Positions 28,544-38,707 of a DNA stretch of 64,000 bases are shown here, in pieces; within the stretch, counting starts at the first letter, position 1, and the number at the start of each line of letters is the position of its first letter. The notes below the pieces were generated by a model. It was not told where the DNA came from, ran no database searches, and saw only the letters and a list, made by a program, of their open reading frames with translations. This DNA comes from Thermodesulfobacteriota bacterium (GTDB lineage Bacteria; Desulfobacterota; Desulfarculia; JACQYL01). The translations under genes and the position numbers were made by a program. The stretch is taken from NCBI GenBank assembly GCA_963675595.2, contig CAXXLZ010000001.1, forward strand, positions 1,248,001-1,312,000, in the 5' to 3' direction.

Positions 28544-29938
28544 ATGGATTTGCCCATCATTCAAACTCCCATTGCGCCTCGCTGGGTATGGATGGAGGAA
28601 GTCACCTATTCCCACATCCCCATCGCAACGCTCATCACCGCTTTTCTGCTGCTGGCCCCCATCTACGAAACCATCGGCTATTTGAGGAAAGACCCACGCT
28701 TCGACCGACTGGCGAAAAGCATGGTGTTTTTCACCATGATCCTGTATTCCCCGGGCGCCGCTCTGGGCACGGGCATTCCCATGTTCATCATCGGGTTGTG
28801 GCCGGAATTCTGGTCCCGTTGGTCCAACCTGTTCTTCTGGCCGCTTATGGGCCAGTTCATGTTCTTTCTTCTTGATGTAATCTTTCTATTCTTCTTCTAC
28901 TACCTGATGTGGGAGAAACTGGCCGACCGCAAACCACTCCACATCTTTTTCGGCTTTCTCTCCGCACTTTTCGGCATATTGATCCAGCTCGTTTGGGACA
29001 GTCTCGGCGGGTACATGACCACGCCCAGTGTGCCGCTACCCATGGTAAACGAGCCCGTGGGCTGGTCCGCGGCGGCCTTTTTCAATCCCAGTTTCCCTTA
29101 TCTTTTCGCGCATCGTTTCTTCGCCAACATCAGTTACACGATGCTCCTGCTCGGAGGCGTTTTCGCATTGAAGTATATGAGGCAGAAGGATCCGCAGGAA
29201 AAAGCCTATTTTGGATTCGCGGCGGACCTGACGTTTACCATCGGATTTCTATGCTTCTTCGTGATGCCCTTCGTGGGCTGGAATTTCGCCCGCGTGCTTC
29301 AAGAAGAGTCCCCCGTGGTTTTTCACGCGATCATGGGAGGGCACGCCTCTCCCTACTTTGTCGTTAAGATGGGATTGATTGCTTTCCTGGTTTCGTTCGG
29401 AGGCGCCTATCTGTTCATGAGACACCGAAACCGGGCGGTCTTGGCGTTTATCACCGCCGGTATTGCGGGGATTTACTATATACTCCACGTGCACCCTCCG
29501 CTGCACTGGATTCCCGGTGGACCAACGGTTTGGAGAGTGAGCTACACCGTGGTGCTCGCTGGTCTTCTGATCTTTTTTTGGACCCGAAAACGAAAAGGAG
29601 AGGAAGAGAGCGCAAGCCGACCGCGGCTCATGTTTCTCGTGGGCCTGGCCGCGTTCTTCGCCTTTGCCCTGGGGGGGTTCACGCGTGAACGGGCTCGACA
29701 GCCCTACAACGTCTACGGACAACTGGTGAAGTCCGAAGTGCTTCCCCTGGAGGCGGACCGTTGGCTCACTTATGAAAAATGCATCATGTGTCATCACCAA
29801 AGCCCGGCTGAGTTCGAGCGCTATAAGCCCAAAGACTGGGTCGCGCGTGTAAAGACGGAACGTGATCGTCCCGGTGTGAACATCTCCGATGAGGAGGCGG
29901 AACGGATTACCCGTTTTCTTCAGGAGAATTACCGTTGA
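28544..29938 (+). CDS. Cytochrome bd oxidase subunit I-like protein with C-terminal c-type heme domain
   Basis: YSHIPIA (N-terminal His), AFFNPSF...HRFFAN, GGFTRERARQPY (GRQPW-like), C-terminal CIMCH. Confidence 0.8.
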   Translation: MDLPIIQTPIAPRWVWMEEVTYSHIPIATLITAFLLLAPIYETIGYLRKDPRFDRLAKSMVFFTMILYSPGAALGTGIPMFIIGLWPEFWSRWSNLFFWPLMGQFMFFLLDVIFLFFFYYLMWEKLADRKPLHIFFGFLSALFGILIQLVWDSLGGYMTTPSVPLPMVNEPVGWSAAAFFNPSFPYLFAHRFFANISYTMLLLGGVFALKYMRQKDPQEKAYFGFAADLTFTIGFLCFFVMPFVGWNFARVLQEESPVVFHAIMGGHASPYFVVKMGLIAFLVSFGGAYLFMRHRNRAVLAFITAGIAGIYYILHVHPPLHWIPGGPTVWRVSYTVVLAGLLIFFWTRKRKGEEESASRPRLMFLVGLAAFFAFALGGFTRERARQPYNVYGQLVKSEVLPLEADRWLTYEKCIMCHHQSPAEFERYKPKDWVARVKTERDRPGVNISDEEAERITRFLQENYR

Positions 29939-31398
29939 ACCATATTGAGTTTCCAATCCTGGGCGCCAAATGGGCCATCGGGTCCATTGCGCTTTTCCAC
30001 ACGGCCGTGGCCTCCCTGGCCATCGGGTTCGCCTTTTTTGTGGCCGTGGCCGAGATCATGGGCTACGTGCACAAGAACAGGCAGTACGACCTATTGGCCA
30101 AACGGGTTCAACTCATTCACGTCTGCATCTACAACATCGGTACGATCAACGCCATAGGCCTGGTTTTCGCTCTTTCCGGGCTTTTCCCTCAGTTCTGGAG
30201 CCAGATTTTCGTACAATTCTATTGGCCGCTCATCGTCGAAGAGTTTCTTTTCTTTCTGTTGGCCACCACTCTCACGTTCCACTACTTCTTCTGGGACCGC
30301 CTTTGGGGGCACAAGAAGCTCCATATCTTCATGGGAGTGTTATTGACTCCCATGTTCTTTCTCCAGTTCTACATCATCAACGGTTTGGGCGGGTTCATGC
30401 TCACCCAGGGAGTGGGCGAGGCGGAACTGTCCTTGCGCACCGGCATCTTGGGTTGGGACCGATTGGGTTTCTACAACCCTTCCTTTCTGATGCTGACCCT
30501 TCATAGGACATTGGCGAATTTCGCCTACGGGAGCTTCGGCGTTGCGGGCATCTGCGGGGCCATGCTGTACCTGACCAACCGTCCCAAGGTGAAGGCATTC
30601 TACGAGGAGGGCGGGCGCCTTGCCTTCTATGTGGCTTTTGCCGCTTTTCTATCCCTGCCCATCATCGGCTATTTCTACGCCCATGTGCTAAGAACCCAGG
30701 CCAACGAGGCCTTCGTCAACTTGATGTGGGGGAGAGGCGACGTGGTCGCCGGCGGTGTGGATTGGTGGTGGGTGAAACATATCCTGGTGGCTTCCATGCT
30801 GGGTATGTGCCTGACCTACTTCATGCGCACATCCGATGATAAGCGCCCTTTCAACATTCCGAACATCATGGTGATCAGCGTAGCCGGATTCTACATCATG
30901 TTCTATCTGGCCATGGGTATGATCATGACCTGGGCCTTCTTCTGGTGGATGCTGGCCTTCGGCATCGGCGGGGCCTGCTTGAGCGGCCATCTACTGAGCT
31001 ATCATCAAGGGTCCGGGCGGGGCGTATACCTTCTCATCGGCATTCTCTCCTTCGCCACCGTGTTGCTGGGAGGATACGCCAGGGAATCCGCAAGACCCAG
31101 GTTTGTGGATCGCATATCCCATTACGACCAAGTGTTCGTGCCCGAAGACAGACAGCCCTATCTTATGCTGCCCCTGAAACCGACCACAGAGGCGGCGACG
31201 GTTATGAAAGAGCCGGTGGGCGCCGGAGAGCTGATTCGAAAAAAGTGCACCGGATGCCATACCCTGGACCGAATCAAAAACTACCCAAGAACCAATTGGG
31301 ACACGGTGGTGCGGCAAATGGAGGTCTACGGAGCCCGTCTTTCCGACAAGGAACGGGAACTCGTGACGGCCCATCTGAAAGAAGGAAAACCTCTCTGA
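29935..31398 (+). CDS. Second cytochrome bd subunit I-like protein with C-terminal c-type heme domain
   Basis: ALFHTAVA, WPLIVEE, FYNPSF...HRTLAN, GGYARESAR, C-terminal CTGCH...WDTVVRQM; start overlaps the stop of the previous gene. Confidence 0.8.
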   Translation: MNHIEFPILGAKWAIGSIALFHTAVASLAIGFAFFVAVAEIMGYVHKNRQYDLLAKRVQLIHVCIYNIGTINAIGLVFALSGLFPQFWSQIFVQFYWPLIVEEFLFFLLATTLTFHYFFWDRLWGHKKLHIFMGVLLTPMFFLQFYIINGLGGFMLTQGVGEAELSLRTGILGWDRLGFYNPSFLMLTLHRTLANFAYGSFGVAGICGAMLYLTNRPKVKAFYEEGGRLAFYVAFAAFLSLPIIGYFYAHVLRTQANEAFVNLMWGRGDVVAGGVDWWWVKHILVASMLGMCLTYFMRTSDDKRPFNIPNIMVISVAGFYIMFYLAMGMIMTWAFFWWMLAFGIGGACLSGHLLSYHQGSGRGVYLLIGILSFATVLLGGYARESARPRFVDRISHYDQVFVPEDRQPYLMLPLKPTTEAATVMKEPVGAGELIRKKCTGCHTLDRIKNYPRTNWDTVVRQMEVYGARLSDKERELVTAHLKEGKPL

Positions 31399-31411
31399 CG
31401 CTAAGGACGGT

Positions 31412-31747
31412 ATGAGCGACGAGGCCGAAAACCGGCGGCAGGAGACAGCGGAACAGGAATCTCATGAGGATTCGCCGGACAAGTCTCCCCACGAAGGGGC
31501 GACGGAGCCCCAGACCGAGGGGAATTCCGACGCGGACTCCAAGGAGCAATCCACGAGTCCGGGCGCAGCCACAAAGGAGGTCCCGGGGGGCCCTGCGTGG
31601 GAGGCCGAAATCGATGTCTATCCACTGCGCGAGGCAACTGAAGATGCCAAATGGGCCGTCAGGACCGTCTGGATATGGATCGGCTTTGCCTTGGTCGCCA
31701 TGGGGTTCATCCTGGTCTTGCTGATATTGGGCGCGATGCACGACTAG
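31412..31747 (+). CDS. Small membrane protein (acidic N-terminus, single C-terminal TM)
   Basis: AAGGA RBS; co-oriented with the bd-like pair; EDAKWAVRTVWIW followed by a TM helix. Confidence 0.65.
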   Translation: MSDEAENRRQETAEQESHEDSPDKSPHEGATEPQTEGNSDADSKEQSTSPGAATKEVPGGPAWEAEIDVYPLREATEDAKWAVRTVWIWIGFALVAMGFILVLLILGAMHD

Positions 31748-31891
31748 TAATCACTTCCATGCCTGACCCGGCCGCTTGCCGCGGAGCTCAAAGGAGAATC
31801 GAGAGAGGGCTTGAAGGGGAACATGCAGGCCTGTTTGCGGATCGAAACCGCGGAAGATCGCACGACTTTTAGCCGCCTCTCAAATCCATTC

Positions 31892-32452
31892 ATGTTTCTC
31901 TTCAAAGGTAAATTTTGGCTTACGGTCCTCAAGGTCCTCTTCCTGGCATTTGTGGGAGCCATGCTTCTGGTGCAAATCCCGGAGTTGCGCTACGATCTGG
32001 GCGACCACGTTCCGGTGGACGTATACACTCCCGAGGAACTGACCTTCGAGCGTTTCCCCAAGGCTACCTTCGTCACGGTGCACGGAAGCCCGAATTTTGA
32101 GAAAGGATTCGTGTATCGCCGGTACGGCCTCAACTACACCTATTTCAATATCAAACCCTTTGGAATGCGGATTGTCGCGCGGACCCACGACGAGGTTACC
32201 GACGAGTGGAAGCAGCTCGACCGCTTCCTGGGTAAGCTCCGCCCCTTCAACGCCCAACCCTTCCATTACCGTATTCGGGATATCTACCGGGAGAAGTTCA
32301 GGGCCGAAGTGCCGGAAGACGCCTTTTTTCTTGCCCTGGACGACGTCCCCCGCCTGAGCGGCTGGCAGATCGGCGCGGCGGGCTTTTCCTGTGTGCTGTG
32401 GCTGGTCATGTTCTACTTCTTTTTCTTCTTTCGGAGGAGGCCATCCGCGTGA
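31892..32452 (+). CDS. Hypothetical membrane-anchored protein
   Basis: N- and C-terminal TM helices flanking a soluble domain. Confidence 0.65.
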   Translation: MFLFKGKFWLTVLKVLFLAFVGAMLLVQIPELRYDLGDHVPVDVYTPEELTFERFPKATFVTVHGSPNFEKGFVYRRYGLNYTYFNIKPFGMRIVARTHDEVTDEWKQLDRFLGKLRPFNAQPFHYRIRDIYREKFRAEVPEDAFFLALDDVPRLSGWQIGAAGFSCVLWLVMFYFFFFFRRRPSA

Positions 32453-32507
32453 AGTGCCGAAGGATTCCGCATCCTCTCCGTTCGGAACTTGTCGGCGATC
32501 CTTCCTC

Positions 32508-32924
32508 TTACAGAAGAATCAGAAACATCCATCCGGCAAGCCCCCATAATACCAATGTTCCCACCACCAGAAGGATTCCGAGTAAAGGAACGTAAGGTCG
32601 GTAGTTCCGGTAAAGCCGGATGAAGCTGAGCTTGAGCAGGAGAATACCGAAGAGACTCATGGCCAGGGTCGCATGAATCACGGCCCTGGAATCAAGCTTT
32701 CCGCCCGCCGCCGCCAGCCGATCCATCAAGTCCACACAAATCCAGGAAATCCAAACGAAATAGAAAAGGAACACATATCCGGCTATGCGATGCAGGCGCA
32801 AGACTAGGCGTACCGATTTCCCCGCCGGTCCTTTCCTGCCGAAAATCTTCATCGCCGCCCAGAATTCGAAAAGAGCCAGTACAACCAACCCCAAACTCAC
32901 ATAACTCTTGGTCAACGGATCCAC
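32508..32924 (-). CDS. Four-TM membrane protein, possibly heme b binding
   Basis: His residues in TM segments (LHRIAGY, IHATLA); GGAG-type RBS before GTG. Confidence 0.65.
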   Translation of the reverse strand: MDPLTKSYVSLGLVVLALFEFWAAMKIFGRKGPAGKSVRLVLRLHRIAGYVFLFYFVWISWICVDLMDRLAAAGGKLDSRAVIHATLAMSLFGILLLKLSFIRLYRNYRPYVPLLGILLVVGTLVLWGLAGWMFLILL

Positions 32925-33043
32925 GGTTCTCTCTCCCTGAACAACGAAAGCATGAGATTATTTTCGAAACGACTCCGGACCGAGGCGTCCGTGCGGACAT
33001 CCGGGACGAGATCGTTCATGGAAACGGAAACACTCGATCCGGT

Positions 33044-33790
33044 TCACCGAGGGCCTGCCGGTCTCCCAAATCCCTCTCCGGGCAGGTCGCACAGGCGCAA
33101 CAACGCGGGAAACAACAGAGCCGCCAACCCCAAGTATCCGCCGCTCACGGACAGGACGGCGGTGCCGGATCCCGAAGCGTCGGCGCAGGCTCCATCCATC
33201 GCCGCCTTGAGCGCGAAGACGGGACTCCATGCGGAGGTCGAGGCCACTACAGGTTTGAGTAAGTCGGGCGCCGGCATCAAGCCCGACAGAAACGCAATCA
33301 TACCCACGGCCAGCGCCCCCGCCAGATGTATCTCCGCGTTTCCTTCCACCGCCGCTCCTAGAAGATGTCCCAAGATGTTCAACAACAGCAGTGTGGCGCA
33401 TGCATATCCAAACACCGGTCCCCATACGCTCGGATCGTATCCGGTCCCCTCAACGACCAGAAGAAAGGCGATCAAAGGTCCGATCTGGAGAAGATCGATC
33501 ACACCGCCGGCCCACGCCCGATCGAGCATCACCAGAATGCGCGGGATGGGGAGAATCCGAAGCTGCATGGCCCTGCCGTCCGAACGGGTTTTGGCCGTGG
33601 AAACCGCCGCTCCGAAAAAGCCCACGAAAAGCAGCAGCATGGTCAGGCCCGTGGTCTTCACGGCAAGGGGCATGGCCGTAAAAACAAAGGGTGAGCCCAG
33701 CAAGAACGCAAGCCCCACCCTGCGCACCAACCTTCGGTGGCTCCCCACAGCGTAGAAGAGCTCCAGTTGAAACACGTTGGATGGGTTCAC
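33044..33790 (-). CDS. ABC-2 type transporter permease
   Basis: Multi-TM protein with LRILPI and FLSG segments; GTGA overlap with the ATPase stop. Confidence 0.75.
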   Translation of the reverse strand: MNPSNVFQLELFYAVGSHRRLVRRVGLAFLLGSPFVFTAMPLAVKTTGLTMLLLFVGFFGAAVSTAKTRSDGRAMQLRILPIPRILVMLDRAWAGGVIDLLQIGPLIAFLLVVEGTGYDPSVWGPVFGYACATLLLLNILGHLLGAAVEGNAEIHLAGALAVGMIAFLSGLMPAPDLLKPVVASTSAWSPVFALKAAMDGACADASGSGTAVLSVSGGYLGLAALLFPALLRLCDLPGEGFGRPAGPR

Positions 33791-34722
33791 CCGTTCACCG
33801 GTCTTCCTGTTCGTAACAGAAAAGCCTCCTTGAGCCCTGCTCCCGAACAAGCCATGGAGCGGACTCCCACGCCTTGAGAAACGATCCAACGCATGATTTC
33901 GGGCAGCAGTCGAGGGTTCGGAGGCATGAGCATCACAAGAATATTTCCCTCCTGATGGAAAGAGCGAATCTCCGTCATCTCCGGGGGAGACAAAGGGAGG
34001 TATCCGTCAAGAACGACGCGAACCTCCTCAAGAGCCGAGACTTGGTCCAATAAGGAATCCACGGTCCCGTCCCCCACCACCCTCCCCTCTTCCATGATCA
34101 GTATCCCGGGATCCACACCGGCCAGCCAGTCCGCGTCATTGGAGGCGATCCAGGTGGTCATGCCCTTTTCTTTTCTGCTCAGGACAACTTGGGTAAGAAC
34201 CCCCATGAACTGTGGGTCCACTCCGGCTGTGGGCTCATCCAAAATCAGAAGTTCCGGATCATGACATAACGCCTGGATCAAACCGAGCTTCTTCTTCATT
34301 CCAAAGGAATAGGTCGAAACGGGCTCATGAGCCTGGTCTTCCATGCAGGCGGACTCGAAAAGCTTCTCCAGCGCGTGGGTGATATGATCCCGAGAGCAGC
34401 CGTAGGCACGGGCCGTGAAATAGGCATTTCGGTACCCGGACAGGTTTTCCCAGAGAGGCGGGCGGTCGGGGGCGAATCCGATGCGCCCAAGGTGTGATCG
34501 AGATCCGTTGGAAACCGGGTGACCGAAAACCCGAATCGAGCCGGACTTCAACTCATGTAATCCCAGAAGGAGGTGCGTGAGGGTGGTCTTGCCGGAACCG
34601 TTTCTGCCCAAGAGGCCGAGGCATTCCCCCTTCCATACGGTTATGGAAACCCCACGGACTCCCTTGCCGCCGGGATAGCTGAAAGACACCTCCCACATCT
34701 CGATCGTCGGATTCGGCATCAC
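33787..34722 (-). CDS. ABC transporter ATP-binding protein
   Basis: Walker A GRNGSGKTT, signature YSFGM, Walker B LILDEPT. Confidence 0.93.
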   Translation of the reverse strand: MMPNPTIEMWEVSFSYPGGKGVRGVSITVWKGECLGLLGRNGSGKTTLTHLLLGLHELKSGSIRVFGHPVSNGSRSHLGRIGFAPDRPPLWENLSGYRNAYFTARAYGCSRDHITHALEKLFESACMEDQAHEPVSTYSFGMKKKLGLIQALCHDPELLILDEPTAGVDPQFMGVLTQVVLSRKEKGMTTWIASNDADWLAGVDPGILIMEEGRVVGDGTVDSLLDQVSALEEVRVVLDGYLPLSPPEMTEIRSFHQEGNILVMLMPPNPRLLPEIMRWIVSQGVGVRSMACSGAGLKEAFLLRTGRPVNG

Positions 34723-34922
34723 TCGAAATGAAGTACCGTGTTCGCCGTAACCTCGACCGTACCGTCGGGATCGGTCCGGACCACTTCGAAAACCACGACG
34801 CGTTCGCCGGTGGTGCAGGTACGCCCCATGAGACGACTTCTGGCGATGTGGCGATGGAACGGCGGAGCCATGGGTTTTGTCTTTCTCAGCCAGACTTCGG
34901 CGGCTTCGGGAAAGCTCGTCAT
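34719..34922 (-). CDS. Small hypothetical protein (67 aa)
   Basis: MTSFPEAAEV...FEVVRTDPDGTVEVTANTVLHFE; coupled to neighbours by ATGA overlaps on both sides. Confidence 0.6.
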   Translation of the reverse strand: MTSFPEAAEVWLRKTKPMAPPFHRHIARSRLMGRTCTTGERVVVFEVVRTDPDGTVEVTANTVLHFE

Positions 34923-36202
34923 GAGTCGGACCCGTCGGGCCGTCGGCCCATGCCTATACGATTCGCCGTATCCGTGAAGAAATCGGCGCTGATTCGGGTC
35001 ATGCCCAACCTTTGCGCTTGTTCCTCCACCATCCTGCGGGCCATGTGTCGAACGAAGGACGGGACCCTTTGCAGTCGACTTTCCGCCTCGGCTTCCCATT
35101 CCAGGGAAGAAGGCCGGAGTCTCGCCTGGACGGATGGCGTATCCACGGCCTTGGTGACGAGCACATTGCAGGGAGAGCGTCCGGCGATGGATTCGGAATT
35201 GGATCCAATATCCGAGCACGGTTCTCGGTGGTGTCCGAAACGGCCCACTACGGCCAGCGTCGGAGCGGGGCCGGAAGCCATGTACTCGATGAGCGTCGAA
35301 TAGGCCTTGCCTTGAAGCAGGATGGACGTATTCGCTACCCCCAGGCTCTGCGCCAAAGCGGCGCCCTCCTCCAGAAAACCTTCGTAAAGGCGTTTCAGCC
35401 CGTCATCGATGATCATGTGGTGCAGCTTCTCCTGTCGGTCCAGGCCGATCTGCACCTTGCGGTCATCCGATAGAGAACGGGACATGACCTTGAAGACCTC
35501 GGTATGAAAAACGGGGTCGTAAGCGGCGGCCAGTTCGAGTCTAGCACCCAAAGCCCTGCACCAGGCCGCGGCGCGCTCGAGACTACCCAGCGCTTCCCGG
35601 CTTCCATCCAAGCCCACCAGTATCCTGCTTCCGGTTTCGAACGGTCCGCGGCAAATAAATACGTCACAACCGGCTTGCCGAAGCACCCGCGAGGCCGTGC
35701 TCCCTAAACGGCCGTCCTCCGTACGGCCCAGACCATGGGCTCCGAGCATGACCAATCCGGCGCCGCAAGACTCGACTTGTTCGAGAATCTTGACATAGTT
35801 TCGCCCTTCCAAACTGCAAAGTCGGGCCTTGACGCCGAGAGCCTCAGCCTCTTCCGCAAATTGATCCATGTAGCCTTGAGAAAGGGACTCCAATCCTTCC
35901 TGGATCAGTCCCGTGTGCGCTCGCCGAAGCTCTTCCAGCACCGGACTCATTTGATATCTGGAAGACAGGGAAGGTTCCATGTCCCGAAACCGTGCGTTGT
36001 GGAGCTCGGCACCATACACGTGACAACCAACCACTCCGCACCCGATTTGCCGGGCCAGCCTCAGGGCAAGACTTCCGGCTTGGGAAGAAAATTCAGAGCC
36101 GTCCAATGCCGCAAGAATTTTGGAATACACGTTGCAGACCACCGAGCCTATAGCATGAGATGGATGAGCAAAGGGCAATGTGTCTTTTTGCAGGACAACC
36201 AC
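34919..36202 (-). CDS. Tandem universal stress protein with C-terminal PCP_red (protochlorophyllide reductase-like) domain
   Basis: KILAALDGS...GAHGLG...GSTA, second USP domain RILVGLDGS...IGSNSE, and C-terminal WEAEAESRLQRVPSFVRHMAR. Probable start near 36130. Confidence 0.85.
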   Translation of the reverse strand: MVVLQKDTLPFAHPSHAIGSVVCNVYSKILAALDGSEFSSQAGSLALRLARQIGCGVVGCHVYGAELHNARFRDMEPSLSSRYQMSPVLEELRRAHTGLIQEGLESLSQGYMDQFAEEAEALGVKARLCSLEGRNYVKILEQVESCGAGLVMLGAHGLGRTEDGRLGSTASRVLRQAGCDVFICRGPFETGSRILVGLDGSREALGSLERAAAWCRALGARLELAAAYDPVFHTEVFKVMSRSLSDDRKVQIGLDRQEKLHHMIIDDGLKRLYEGFLEEGAALAQSLGVANTSILLQGKAYSTLIEYMASGPAPTLAVVGRFGHHREPCSDIGSNSESIAGRSPCNVLVTKAVDTPSVQARLRPSSLEWEAEAESRLQRVPSFVRHMARRMVEEQAQRLGMTRISADFFTDTANRIGMGRRPDGSDS

Positions 36203-36949
36203 GCCGCTCTTCGAAGCCGACGCGAAGTGTGACTATATCGGTCGCCGGCTGTTTCAGTCAACTCGATGCCTTCCGAGGAAACGAGCGCATCGCACCCCTA
36301 AAAAGACTTGAGGCGGAACAATAGACTTCCTTGTTCCGCCTCAAATCGAGATTCGGGTGTGTTTTTTTGTTTCCAAAACCGTCGCAGGCAACACGGTCGA
36401 CGTGTTTGGCTCCCTGCATCGACCACCCGTGCCTCGAAGCCCTCGTTCCGTAGAAGACGTTGTCCCGCGCACACGTTTGGGGCGATTCCCTGTTGTGCCG
36501 TAGGAGATGCACGTTCTCCACAGATGATTATATGCTAGTCATCTTCCCGTTAAATGCAATATGCTCTAAAAAAAATTTGATCCAGTGAAGCGGCCTACGT
36601 CGAGATTCTTCGATCCGCCCCTGCCCCTCAGGCGTAGGAACCATGCCCCCTAGATTCCAGAGCGAATTTGACAAAAGCGATTCCGTTGAAGTATCCAACA
36701 GGTCGGCTTTCGGGCGCAGCAAGGACGACGTGGGGCCTCACCCCATCCGGTTCCTGTTTGGTGCCGGACCATGGCGCCCGTCTCATCCGAACCTTGCGCC
36801 GAACCGGGTTCAAAATGTACCATTCGCCCACATGAATTGCGGCATGACGGGCGGCCCACACCGCCCGCCCATGCCGGAAGGCGGACAACGTCGAGCTTCA
36901 GTCTCAAATCACCCTGAACTTTTTCAAGGATGCCCAACATAGGCCGGAC

Positions 36950-37669
36950 ATGAATGCAACCAAAGAATTCACCAACTCCATAGGGATGCGATTTCTCCAT
37001 ATTCCACCAGGGAAGTTCCTCATGGGAAGTCCCGAGGAAGAAACGGATCGCAGCGACGATGAAACGCTTCACGAAGTCACTCTCACCATGGGTTTCTACA
37101 TCCAGGAAACGCCGGTCACTCAAGGCCAATGGCAATCCCTGGTGGGTTATAATCCCTCGGAATTCTGTGAGCTTGGAGACGAGTATCCCGTCGAACAGGT
37201 TTCCTGGGAGGAATGCGTCGGCTTCGCGGGCCGGCTCAAGGCACGGGAAAAAGGCAGAATCTACCGGCTCCCCACCGAATCCGAATGGGAGTGCGCCTGC
37301 AGGGCCGGGACCTCCGCTAGATTTTCTTTCGGCGACGACGAATCCCTCCTGGACCAATACGGTTGGTTCAGAGACAACGCGGGAGGGCATACTCACCCGG
37401 TGGGCCGGAAGAAACCCAACCCCTGGGGCCTGTACGACATGCATGGAAATGTCTGGGAATGGTGCCTGGATTCCTTCGGAGACTATCCCGATGGTCCCGC
37501 AACGGACCCTTTAGGCTCCCTTGAGGGACTCTACAAAGTGGGCCGCGGCGGAGGCTGGAGCGATCCGGCCAAAGCCTGCCGCTCGGCCTATCGCAGCGGC
37601 AGCGACCCAATGAACTGTGGAAGCGACATGGGCTTCCGCTTGGCGTGCATCATTCCCTTGGTATTCTGA
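36950..37669 (+). CDS. Formylglycine-generating enzyme family (FGE-sulfatase/CLec fold) protein
   Basis: FTNSIGM, FLMGS, VTQGQW, YRLPTESEWE, PNPWGLYDMHGNVWEWC, RGGGW, GFRL. Confidence 0.92.
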   Translation: MNATKEFTNSIGMRFLHIPPGKFLMGSPEEETDRSDDETLHEVTLTMGFYIQETPVTQGQWQSLVGYNPSEFCELGDEYPVEQVSWEECVGFAGRLKAREKGRIYRLPTESEWECACRAGTSARFSFGDDESLLDQYGWFRDNAGGHTHPVGRKKPNPWGLYDMHGNVWEWCLDSFGDYPDGPATDPLGSLEGLYKVGRGGGWSDPAKACRSAYRSGSDPMNCGSDMGFRLACIIPLVF

Positions 37670-37778
37670 AAAACTGCCTGGAACAGCATTGAGACAAACG
37701 GATCTTCTGCGGGAACATCAAGTGAATCAATAAGGTCCGCTCGATCGAGCCGAACCGGATCTGCTTTCGAATCGCACC

Positions 37779-37973
37779 TCAGCTCCGAAGTGTCGCGGTC
37801 GCCGAACCGCTCGCCGCTTGGGTCGATGCGGAGTGTAAGCTACCGTCTCCACATTGGGAACCGCCGGCCCATACCGGGGTATTTGCCCAAAGAAAGGAGA
37901 GAAACAACATGATGATCACAATGATAACGAGGGATTTCCATTCGGTCTGTAGGGTCAACCTCAAGTGACTCAT
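37779..37973 (-). CDS. Small secreted or membrane-anchored hypothetical protein
   Basis: Hydrophobic N-terminus with an AxA-like site (PVWA); ATGA overlap with the upstream HTH gene. Confidence 0.55.
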   Translation of the reverse strand: MSHLRLTLQTEWKSLVIIVIIMLFLSFLWANTPVWAGGSQCGDGSLHSASTQAASGSATATLRS

Positions 37974-38140
37974 CGCTTTTTCCTTTCTTCAATGAATCGT
38001 TCGATTTCCCTGCGGGAGATGAGCCAGTCCCTGCCCATTTTCTCCCCTTTCAACTTACCGGCTCTAAGCAGTTGACAGACTCTGCTGCTGTTCAAACCCA
38101 CTGCGATGGAGGCCTGCTTGGTCGTCAGAAACCGGTCCAA
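37970..38140 (-). CDS. Excisionase-like HTH_17 (MerR-superfamily) DNA-binding protein, 56 aa
   Basis: Below the ORF-track cutoff; read manually as MDRFLTTKQASIAVGLNSSRVCQLLRAGKLKGEKMGRDWLISRREIERFIEERKKR. AAGGGG RBS before TTG; LT..A...G.....V......GKL...K.G..W.I pattern. Confidence 0.8.
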   Translation of the reverse strand: MDRFLTTKQASIAVGLNSSRVCQLLRAGKLKGEKMGRDWLISRREIERFIEERKKR

Positions 38141-38707
38141 TGAAAATACCCCTTGCGTCTTTTCCTCCCCGATTTCACGCCGCGTGAAAGGCCTGCCCTT
38201 TCTGCCTGAGGCCTCCCGCCATCGGTTCCTTTAACGTCTCTCCGGATGCACTGAACCGATTCCGAGTGAACAACTGCTTAACTATTGAACTTACGCTCTT
38301 ATCATTAAATCATGCTGTAATTCATGTCAATAGAAATCTCTTTCTCTTATGACTTCGCAATAAAATTTACATAGTATGCATCGACGTATCTTTATCGCTT
38401 CAAGGACCCCATAACCGGCTTTGCTGGAACAACCACTTCCAGGAAACGGCTCGCCCTTGCTTCCGAGCCTAAAACGCGCGTTCATTCAGAGTTTGGTGCC
38501 GCCCGTGGGCCGAAGGGAACCTAACTCCATGCAACTTTCAACTGATGATGCCCCAACGAAACTTATAGCAATGTATCAAGTTTTCTTTTCAACATGGCGC
38601 ACATCCCGCATCCCTTATGGCGCGGCGCTTTCAGGGCTTAGTTTCCAACCTGTTGAAACCGTGACGATTTTAAGGAGAGAGGGAGAGGAATCGGCTTAAG
38701 GATATCC

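Noticed and set aside
36950-37669. FGE-sulfatase/CLec gene as target of a diversity-generating retroelement
   Set aside because: No template-repeat copy of its 3' end and no reverse transcriptase were seen in the window; the gene lies outside the prophage.
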